DNA of 63,751 nucleotides, counting the filler, from Reticulomyxa filosa (Eukaryota > Protista > Foraminifera): the NCBI GenBank assembly GCA_000512085.1. It is 21 parts of 21 records of this genome, joined end to end, with 100 filler letters (N's around TTAATTAATTAA, not from the genome) between each part and the next. Parts side by side here need not be neighbours in the genome. Positions count along the whole stretch, not along the records: positions 25,365 to 27,335 come from ASPP01009344.1; positions 27,436 to 28,481 come from ASPP01025188.1; positions 28,582 to 42,030 come from ASPP01006922.1; 18 more parts are not named here. One strand, written 5' to 3'. The notes beneath the pieces were generated by a model that had not been told where the DNA came from, made no database searches, and saw nothing but the letters and a program-made list of their open reading frames with translations. Below are positions 26,635-36,692 of this stretch, in pieces; the first letter of the stretch is position 1, and each line of letters begins with the position of its first letter. The translations under genes were made by a program, and so were the position numbers.

Positions 26635-27290
26635 ATGGCACAAGCGTCGTCAAAAGAAGAGAAGTACACATTATTCGCGAAATTGGAAGATGGGACAAAG
26701 TTAGAGTTGTTGTTGGATGACTTTGCAAAGACAACACTGACGAACGTACGAGCGAAAATATTTAGCGAAAAGCCATCACTATGGAACGAATTTGGGCAAG
26801 ATTTGGTGTTCAAAGAAAAGGTGTTGCCACTGTTTAAAAAGTATCAAGACGAAGATAAGAAATGGATCCGCTACGATTTTACATTGCGCGACTACGAAAT
26901 AAAGCCCAACGACGTGATTTCGGTACAAAGTTACGCCGACAAAACAGACGGATTCGAGCAAATCTTTGTAAAGACATTGACAGGAAAGACCTTGACGTTG
27001 TTAGTGAAAACGAGTTGTTATTCCATTATCAAGATCAAACGTCTGATCGAAGCAAAGGAAAACATTCCACTCGATCAACAGCGTTTGTTGTTTGCAGGAA
27101 AGCAAATCGAAGACATAGAAAGCTTATTGGACTACAACATTAAAAAAGAGTCGACGTTGCATTTAGTGCTGCGCTTGCGCGGAGGAGGGTTCACTGCTCC
27201 CGACGTGGAACAACAGGATTTTATCAAAACGGGAAACAACAATTATCAATTTTATTCTGTTTCTTCCGGATTAAATTATGCAGTTTCTTA
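26635..27290 (+). CDS. Ubl plus ubiquitin-like domain fusion protein with C-terminal extension, 3'-partial
   Basis: A divergent Ubl ([13 protein letters not shown]) precedes [40 protein letters not shown], and the frame continues GFTAPDV... Confidence 0.85.
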
Positions 27291-27295
27291 TGCGT

Positions 27296-27335
<40 letters not shown>

Positions 27336-27857
27336 NNNNNNNNNNNNNNNNNNNNNNNNNNNNNNNNNNNNNNNNNNNNTTAATTAATTAANNNNNNNNN
27401 NNNNNNNNNNNNNNNNNNNNNNNNNNNNNNNNNNNAGTGTTTCTTTAAAGTTTTTGGAAAATAAGATGAGTAGATTATAAATTTTTTAAAAAAATCCAAT
27501 GCTTACATGAGCACCTGCAAGTCAAGTGCGTTAATTTAGAATACAAACGCAATTGTTGAGGGTGCTGTAATAAAAGCAAAATCTCCAGAATATAGTACAA
27601 TTTTGTATATTCCAAAGTGCAAACAATTTGACTTTGAAAAGTTTAACATCAAACAAAAAGATTCGTGCTTTTGATAACCTTTTGTCATCTCATCAAGCGA
27701 CAAAAAAAAATGCAAATGGTAATGCGCGCATACATGATAGGAAAACGGATGATAGAATTTTTACTAAATGAAAAAAATTGACTACTCAGGAGAAAAGAAT
27801 TTTGACTAGTTAAGATAAAAAAAATTTGACTAATTAATAAAGAGTTTTGACTGAACA

Positions 27858-28375
27858 ATGGAAAGATTACTTCTTCAAACATTGCTGATCTTATTGCAAG
27901 TTTGAGAAACAGTCATCAATTTTTTAATCCAACTGTGTCCAATTGTATTTTTTTCTTCCCAAATTTGTGCCTCTTTTGAGTTAGGAATCTAATCGACAAA
28001 TCAATAAATAATATACGTATGTGGTTAATTTTTTTTTTTCACATGTAATTTTGTAAAGGCCTTTTCCGCTCGGAATTGATCAAAATAATGACTACGACAA
28101 AGCACTTTTTGACATTGCATTTTAAGATCATTACCGAAGAGGAAGAGCGCAGAAAAAATGATAGACTTTGTCAATGAAAATTTTGTGGTCATATCGAGCA
28201 ACGACGGCGACATGCTTAATCGTAAATTATTGTTAGAACGTCTATGTAATGTCAAATTGGAGCAAGACATCGTCTGCATCCGCATTTCTGCATTTGCTTT
28301 GCCAGAGCTACAAGATCACGCGATTCGATGGCTAAAGACTCCAATTATTGAGGATGTGGGTTCTTCTGGTATTAC
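27858..28375 (+). CDS. Hypothetical protein fragment with possible signal peptide
   Basis: MERLLLQTLLILLQ followed by a GT donor, then ORF 28158-28400. Splicing unresolved. Confidence 0.3.
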
Positions 28376-28581
28376 TTTTCAAATTCAGTTGCATGTGTGA
28401 CAAATATTTGAATAGAATCATTTCACATATGCATGTGTGTATACGTACATATACTTTTTCTTGGAAACATTAAACAATTTGNNNNNNNNNNNNNNNNNNN
28501 NNNNNNNNNNNNNNNNNNNNNNNNNTTAATTAATTAANNNNNNNNNNNNNNNNNNNNNNNNNNNNNNNNNNNNNNNNNNNN

Positions 28582-28621
28582 GATATCGTTTTAGGCGTTC
28601 AGTTTTCTTTGCAACTTACTG
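28582..28621. mobile_element. Tc1/mariner-superfamily-like TIR end, copy 2
   Basis: Minus strand reads TA|CAGTAAGTTGCAAAGAAAACTGAACGCCTAAAAC, one mismatch from copy 1, with a different flank. Confidence 0.6.
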
Positions 28622-29386
28622 TAATTGTACTTTGTTTGCTTAATTATTTCACAAAAGAAAGAATTCTATTCCTTTTGTGATTGCCTGTAATTATGGGAGA
28701 AAGTGACTCAATATCTGTTACAAATCGAAAATCCGATTATATCCTTTATTGTCTTAATGACAGCTAAAAGATTAATTTTGGATGAACGAGTTGGCAAATC
28801 GGTAAAATTTAAAACAAATAACATAAAACATTTTAAAAAGTTAGTGTTAAATTTTATTTCATGATGAATTGACTTCTTCAAAATAACACTTTAGATATTT
28901 ATATGTACAGTTTGGATAATGTTAGATGCTTCGATTGTTGCTACTCATGAATTTGTAGTATTGCCTAGACTCAAAGGAATTGATATTTATTTAAGTGATT
29001 TCTGCAATTGAAGGATAAGGATATGCCTCTTATTTCGTCTTTATTTTCTTTTTTTATTATAGTGGGCTTAATGAAAAGAGCAGCCGCTCATATTATTTGT
29101 GCAAATATTCACCTCTTACAGAAGTTTTAATTGCAAAATTTTTTCGTTTTAAAAAGACCATTACAGAAATAAACAAATTTTGGTTATTATAGTAAATTCA
29201 TTTTTTCTTTTCATTCCAGAAAATACTTTTAAGAAAAAGTTTGTCGGCTTTATAGTGAATCTGTGTTTGATGTGATTGCAAATTTTGCTTGTAGCTACAC
29301 AACACACAGATTTGGCTATGTGAGCGATGAATTACTTTCAAAATTAGGAGCAAGAACAACATTATTTGCTAGTTGGCCAATATTTT

Positions 29387-30375
29387 TTATTTGACACTAA
29401 CGCAATGCTGGCCGTTGATGTGATGTGCTGTTGTATACACAGGAATGAGGATGGCGGTTCCAGGGAACAGAGTTGTACTTTGGCTAACAAATGCAATAAT
29501 CTCGGACAATGAGATATAACAACAAGAGTTCTCAAGATCATACGCTTTGTCACAAACTGTTTCCTTTTCGTCAGATGCTTTCACACACGTTTGTATATTT
29601 GCACACATTTGGTCGTAGACGTGCTTACTGTTATTCAACAGAATTGTTGGTCCAATTACAATGGGTTCAAAATGTAAACAATATCCTTGTATTTCTGTTT
29701 GGGATTGACAAAGGGAATACGCACAAGAAAAACCGTAAATGTGTTCGCATGCTGCAGCTGCTTCAATATTTTTTCCAATTTTTCCGATTATGACTGCCAT
29801 GTAGCATTGTGTGTCCACATGCACAACAGTCTCTTTGGATCGCAGATCGAGTGAAATGGTCTCCCAAGGGTGAAATAAAGTAGAACAAGGCTTCAAAGAT
29901 AACACTGGATTTTTCGTCAACTTTGAACCGAGCTCTACGCACCAGATATCATATGGCGTAACCGGGGTTAATAGTTTTTCAATTTTGTAAGACTTTGTCT
30001 GTGAGGTCATTTTCTTCCATTCCTGAAAGTTTTTTTTTTCAAATCGTAAATATCGATATTTGAGGGGAGCAGCTGCACTATTGTTCCTTTTTTGATTTCA
30101 GCAACACTATCTTCGTTTTCGTTCACAATGCCAAATACTGGCCGATACAGCTCAATTGCTTCTTCTTCACTCGATACACCATATTCATTTGATTTGTCAG
30201 GAAAAAAACGAATAATGTGATACAGCTTGTCTGTACTACTTTCTTCACAAATATCTGGAGATGAGGAAGGACTCGACAGCACCTCTTCTTGTGTTTCTGT
30301 GGTTAGCTTTGTCGTTGTACGTTCCGTGTACACACGTTTTTTTGCAAGATTTTGAGGGGTAGATTGTATTGACAT
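29387..30375 (-). CDS. Fumarylacetoacetate-hydrolase-fold (FAHD-like) protein; degenerate active site, frame break in an A10 run
   Basis: Motifs KLLTPV..IWCV, P..SLKP..TL, MAVIIGKIGKNI..A.EHIYGF, IGP, EIIAFVSQSTTLFPG. ORFs 30007-30393 and 29387-30010 join with a 1-nt indel at 30030-30039. Confidence 0.75.
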
Positions 30376-30696
30376 TCCCGAACAGAATGTCAAATTTGCT
30401 TAGAAGAACGCAAGTTTTTGGAAAAAACCAAAGACCAAATAGTTCAATCACAACAAGGGGATTCAAAGAATAAACATCTTATTTTAGAAGCCATTTTACA
30501 TTTACAGCTGTAAAATTTGACAGCAAAATTTATATATCTTGATAAGCGCATGGCAAATTTATAAGACCTTATAATGCTCATTAGTCCTTGTTTTAATTGA
30601 TATTCAACGTCAGTTCGTCTTGGCTATCTGTGCAATGGTATAGACCCTCTTTTAAATCTAATATCAGGACTTATTGCTGCAAAGCAAATAAAAACA

Positions 30697-31760
30697 ATGC
30701 TTTCATGCCGTATTCGAAAAGCAACTAAAGATGATGTTAATGAAGTCTTTCATATTGTGTTGAACGAGCCCAAGCATAGGCTGTTGAGCCTTATGACAAC
30801 AGTGTTCTTCAACACAGCCACTTTGGTAGGCATGTTTATGGTGTCTTTGCTGTGTTTGGGATTGCTTATGGCAACGAACGCAGTTCAACAGCAAGACTTG
30901 GATACGTTCATGTATACTATGGCAATAATTGCCCCGGCTTGTCTTGTGTACGTCGTTGGCTTAATCCAAGCAATTATATTGTTCTATGGACGATACCGTG
31001 ATATGTCCGACCTTCGGGTTCAGACATCGACATCCTCGGGGAACGTACAACTGAATGCATATTTTGACACACATCAAATCTACCTGGCCTTTGCTCATTC
31101 CAAACAAGTGAATGCACCGAGTTTGGTCATTCAATGGAACCTGCATTTTTTGATGTATTTGTTTGTCCCTTTGTGAATTTGAAGGAACTAAAATTGTCAC
31201 AATCAATTTATTGTTCTTTTATGTGTGTCGAACGGGTCACAGACGCATCAAAACCAATCGATGAAGGTCCATGTCTTGGAGTGTTAATAATGAGCGATTA
31301 CTCTCATTTTTGTGAAAAGCTTGGATACAATCCGTTGCAATCCAAACCATTTGCACCATATATCACTTCTGCCATTATCATCGAATGGCTGGTGGTCAAT
31401 GAGGCGGCGCTGACCAATCGCGCCCAATGCACAGCTATTTATAACTCTATGCTGACTTACGTTTGCGGTGGCAACACTCGCAGTGGCAAGTACATCGGCA
31501 TTCTCGAGACAGCCAATGCTGGCCATTTACTGTGTTTGTCTGATGAAATGTTGATATGGCAACATGAATGCTTGGCACTTCACGGCTTTTTAATTTGCAA
31601 AAAATGGGAAGATTTGCATCTGTTTGATTTACCTTTTCCAACAAGATCTTACATGTTTATTAAATCGCTTCGCCATGATACAGCCTTTTCAACAAAAAGA
31701 GAAGATACACAAAATGATATCATACAACAAAAACCTTTGTTAGCAAAAAAAATAGACTAA
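30697..31760 (+). CDS. NAT8/Camello-like membrane-anchored GNAT-fold protein, 2 exons
   Basis: IRKATKDD.NEV start, two TM segments, then RDMSDL..YF..IYLA. In-frame intron 31121-31242; C-terminal LALHGF. Confidence 0.55.
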
Positions 31761-32056
31761 TTTTTTTGCTTTAGTTTACGTTTTTTTCAAGCGCTACAAT
31801 TTGTTTTCTTTCCAGTTTTTGAAATTGTAGACTAACAGTTATGCCAACAATTTCAGTTTTCATTTTTTTCTTACAAATTTGTTGGGAATCGAAAAAGTAG
31901 AAATATGAAAATGACAACAAAAATTACGTGATGTCGGAAGAGCGATCAAGTGCAGAAAAAATTTCAGGGCTTAAACGTTGAAAATTTCAACCACCAACAT
32001 CAAAAAGAGACAAACATGGGATCGTGAGAAGTCGCACGATACAACTTGTTTTTTTG

Positions 32057-32538
32057 CTATTTTTGTTTTAATTGTGCAACTAAAACGGAAGCAAAGGCCA
32101 CACCCCAAAAGAACTTCAATGCTACACCAATCTATTCATATCACAAAAAAACATCCATGTTGCACAGTTTTGGGGTTAACAATACAAACTTCACAAACAT
32201 TTGAGGCAGTGCGGGACTCTTTTCGAACTACTCCTATCTGAAAGTTCTGTCTCATATTGCGCGCACCTTCGTCATGGCTTTGTATTGAATTAAAACGATC
32301 TGTTCTGTCCTGGCCAGCATTTGATAAAAGCACATCCAGAGATCCTGTTTTTATTAATTTGCAATGTTATGCTCTTTTACCAGTTGCAAACCCTTTCCGA
32401 CTGAAAACAGTTTGTACCTGGATGGCTGTCAAAATTAGAGACGTTGTAAACCTCGTCGTCTAAAATGATCCAAGCATCCCCACGTTTGTTATGCTTCTTA
32501 ACCTCCTCTACAGTATATTCTTTTAGGGATCCTGTCAT
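32057..32538 (-). CDS. CYB5: Cytochrome b5, tail-anchored, 3 exons
   Basis: Exons 32538-32418, 32344-32199 and 32131-32057 give YTVEEVKKHNKRGDAWIILDDEVYNVS..HPG..VLLSNAGQDRTDRF..SH..A..IG, then a C-terminal TM (IGVALKFFWGVAFASVLVA). Confidence 0.92.
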
Positions 32539-33272
32539 TCTTCTCGGTTAAAAATTAATTTAAAAAAAAACTTTGTGCCAACTTAGTTCTTAAGGAAACG
32601 TCTTGACTGCGAAACCGACCACCAAAAAACCCCTTTTGTGTTAAAGGCATTTTTGTTGGTGGAAAACTGAATTATCAAGCGTCAAGAGTGATTAAATGAC
32701 AAACACTTTAAGAGTTTTTGGATAAGATAATTCTTGTTTAGTGTTCTGTTTTATTTTTAGTGGTAGAAAGTTCGATGTGTACAACAAAGTACTAAGGCAT
32801 TACAAAATTTGTAATTTAGGAAGTTTGCAAGCTACCTGATAGCAATATTTATTTGAAGGAAAAATATAAGATTTTACAATTGCAACCATATAACGTGTCT
32901 CTGCACATCGTTATATTTGATTAAGAAAGTATTCGTGTTGAGTTTATATGTAGTGATCATTCTAGATCCTTTTGTAATAAAAACATGCCTGCCTTAAGAA
33001 TTGTGCACAGTGACAACAATGAACAAATTCGATTGATATCCGCAATTTGAAAAATTTGACGAGCACTGACAAAGGGATTGAGTCACAAATATTGAAGCAC
33101 AAAATTAAACAACTTATTGGAAAATGGGTCTGTATTTAGTCAATTTTTGTTGAAAATTTCCCGACGTTTTGAGTTGTTCATATTCCTTCCATAGGTCTTT
33201 AGCGGCTTTGGTACGAATTTTCTGTTTGAAAGATGAGAGGAGAATATAAGAAAAACTGTCAATTTCAATTTT

Positions 33273-33554
33273 TTACCAAACTTGTTTGAAGCCGTAGGTG
33301 CATTCAACGTAATCTTCGTGGAACTTCCGACACACCATTGTTACGTCGTAAGAAACAGGGTTTGCTCGGCGGCAGCGCAGCCATTTGTTCATCATACCTT
33401 GACAAGGATGCATACTGCCTTCTGGTGTTCTCAGTATAAAAAATCCTTCTTCATTGGCCATGCCATCTGGAGGACGTGCCCAGTCCGCAATAATAGCAGG
33501 CATTGGTTCCGAAGGAACCTTTCTGGGCGGAAAAGGAGGCAGAACTTCTGTCAT
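33273..33554 (-). CDS. Twin CX9C (CHCH) mitochondrial intermembrane-space protein, possibly complex I NDUFS5/NDUFB7-like
   Basis: C-QGMMNKWLR-C and C-RKFHEDYVE-C in a clean 93-aa ORF. Confidence 0.7.
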   Translation of the reverse strand: MTEVLPPFPPRKVPSEPMPAIIADWARPPDGMANEEGFFILRTPEGSMHPCQGMMNKWLRCRRANPVSYDVTMVCRKFHEDYVECTYGFKQVW

Positions 33555-33838
33555 CTTTCTTATAAAGTACTTTCACTCTTGGAAAAAAGAAATTAATAAA
33601 TGGGCAATACAGATTCCAAATTTTGCAATTCAAAAATTCGGTTGGTTACGCCCTTAAAAAACGCGCGTTATGTACTGTGCTTTGTTACAGCGATTTTTTT
33701 TTGTTTAGCATAAATAAATAAAGATAGACTACTGGTTCTCATAGGAAATACGACAAAATAGAAGTATAATTACGGCGTGACTATCAATATAGCAGAAATG
33801 GCCCTTTGTGGGCTTTAGTTTAAAAGACTTTGTCACAA

Positions 33839-34300
33839 ATGAAAAAATCTTTCAATTTGTTCTTCTTGTCTATAGTGACAGTATTGGGGAGTGAGATCTC
33901 TAATGTGCTTTTACCAAGCAGTTGCAATGACTTGACAGATGGTAAACATTGGATCAAGCCAACAGCAGAAGGTGTCGCAGTGAACGCACTGGAAGCAAGA
34001 TGTTCAAACGGGTACATCCTTGTCACTCCTGAAGAAATGGAGACTAATCATGACTTACGCTTGCACTTGACCAATATTTACGAAGGAGCTTCATCTCGTA
34101 TTTCAATGAAATCCACAAGTAACTGTGAAAGTTGTGACGACGCATTTATTAATAGTTATAGTAATACAAAAACAAACTGTCATTGCTATCGGTATGACCA
34201 CCATGACTACAATCAAATTTCGTATTCTGCGTTGATGCAATTGATTGAAGAAAAAAACAAAAACTATCAGCCATCGGAGCATTTGCACGATACAAGCAAG
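33839..34300 (+). CDS. Secreted Cys-containing hypothetical protein; 3' end unresolved
   Basis: Signal peptide MKKSFNLFFLSIVTVLG; PSSCNDLTDGKHWIKP..ARC resembles the start of a fibrinogen-C-like domain. Confidence 0.5.
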
Positions 34301-35115
34301 CGCTTTTGTACATTTTTTTCTTTTTTTGATTCATTTTGATTGCACGTGTAAGCTATATTTTGTTTGGTTTGAAACAAATAACAATGGATTGACATACACA
34401 ACAAGGGTGGAGCACAAAATTCATTACAATGACCTCAAGTCAGTTCTGGATTGTCGTCGCGGTATTCCTTAGTCTACTTTTGGTACGACTATTCCACAAC
34501 AGAAATCAAGTTCAGAAACATGAGTCGCTTGATTTTGCGGACAAAAAGCAATATGGCACTATCCGTCTATAAATTCATATGTTAAAAGAGCAACAAGAGT
34601 CTTATCTCCCATGCAGTGCCCAACTTGTGTTTTCAAAAAGGAAAATGGAATCTGTTTTTCAAAATTTTAAATACTTGTGTCCGCTTCCTTTGTCTACTTT
34701 ATCATTTGGATTTCCGCTTTTGATAGGCGAACCATTTCCATAACATTCTTTCGGTTTGTACATGTTCACAATTAACTGGCAGCTCTGTCCGATTTAAGGA
34801 CCACTTTTCTAAAATCAGATTATCTTTTTCTCTTTTCTCTTTTGATATTTTTTGATAACGGCAAACTTTGTATAAAAGGATCAATCAAAACAATAAACGC
34901 AAAAGTTGGGGGATAGAAACTGCTATTTCGGGCAAATGAAAGCACAATAAATGTCAAACAACAATTAAAAACGACAAACCATTTCAAAAATACAATTTCT
35001 GTCAGTGAAGTCTTCAAAGTTTTTTTTTTAACAGACCCAACAACAAAAAAAAAAGCTAAAAAGTTCATCAAGTGATATTTCGACCTATATAGAAGAACTT
35101 TGTCTCTTTTTCCCC

Positions 35116-36656
35116 ATGTCAGTTGAAAAAGTCCCTAGTAATGGCGTCTCAAGCAGCGATTCATCTCCGAGCAGGACAGTAATGTCAAGAAGGAGTGGAC
35201 GAAAAAGAAGACTACCTCAGGAAGAGAGCAAAGAGAGCAAAGAAAGCGAAAATTTGCTCTCGAAGAGCATAGAACCGCAGCAAAAGAGAAGGAAAATAAA
35301 TGAGAGTCCTGCACAATATGGTTCATCGTCTGTCACTTCGTGGAATCGTAAAAAAAGAGGTCCTTTGAAATTTGATTGCTTGAACGAAATTAGTGACGAG
35401 CACTTGACAGTTTTGTGATGTGTGTTGAACGTGTTGTGAGCAGAGTGAGAGTGTGAGATGGGAACAATACACGTACAGAAAGTGCTTTGTAAAGAAAAAA
35501 AGACATTTTTGGAAGTTTGGAGCCACGCCTACGAAGACTCGTGTTGTCAGTCCAAAATTAAAATTGGAGAACACGACTATCCGATTTCCGCCCGCGGACA
35601 TACTGTATGCGTGTTGAACGGGTTTACTGGAGAAACAGAGAGACTTATTACCTTTGATACATGGGGAGACCAAAAAGGATCTGGAGGAGAGCGATTGCAG
35701 ATTTTTCTTGCGTATGTTCCTAATGCAGTGACTTATTTTTATTTTTTTTTTATAATTTTTGGAATGATATTTGATTTGATGACTCATGCAAAAAAAAAAA
35801 GGACGATACTCCCTAACAAATTGGTGATAGTGTTTATAAACGACAGCGGTGATTACTGCGGATGTGTAGTTAAGTGTTTTGCTGAGCAATGTTTTGACGT
35901 ATGAAAAACACTCTCCAGAATTGGATGAGCGTGCAAATTTCTGTGTTTGGATAACGGACAGGAGGCAAGAGCGCAACTGCGAAAGCTGGGGTGCAAGCAA
36001 TTCCCAGAGCAGCGCGAGGCGTATGTGTTTATCGGTTACAGCACTCCTCCGCCCCACGAGCCGCCGATAGTATTGTTCGAAAGAAAGACGAGCACCGGAG
36101 CAGGGCCGATCAAATTCAAAGATCACATTCCATTGTTGAACGTATGCGACGCACACATGACAAACGACGTGCGAGTCGATAATTCGCTGTATTGTGGAGT
36201 TTGTCTGAACACGTTTGATCAAGAGCACATGTTGATATGCAATCATTGGCAGCATCAACACGACATTGACTTGAAGGAAGCCCGTGTACAGCGCGAGCGC
36301 AAAATGGACGAAATGTGCACGTCGGTACACATGAAAGAGGAGTTGAAGAAAATGTTCTTTCTCGAAAAGTATACCAAAGCGGTGCATATTTATTGTACGT
36401 ATTCCCCAATGAAAAAATGGACACAGTTTATCCAATTGCACAAGTTTGGTGTCAACGCAATCGTTTGAATGATTGTCCCTTTGTCTAATTTGTATGTCCA
36501 TTGTATGTCATTGTATGTGTTGTCTTATAGGATTACTTTTGACGAAACAAAATGGAAACTCGAAGCAGACGACAAGTATCTGCAGAACAGAGAACAGAAA
36601 AAGAATGAAGAAATCAAACGAATGGAGCTGATTCATAAAGAAAGAAAAAAAAAACG

Positions 36657-36692
<36 letters not shown>

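Noticed and set aside
30030-30039. Programmed ribosomal frameshift in the FAH-like gene
   Set aside because: The break lies in a 10-nt homopolymer in an assembly that clearly struggles with homopolymers.
35323-36501. 392-aa minus-strand ORF, and similar antisense ORFs at 54044-54691 and 63030-63668
   Set aside because: Shadow ORFs opposite well-supported genes, with no recognisable motifs.
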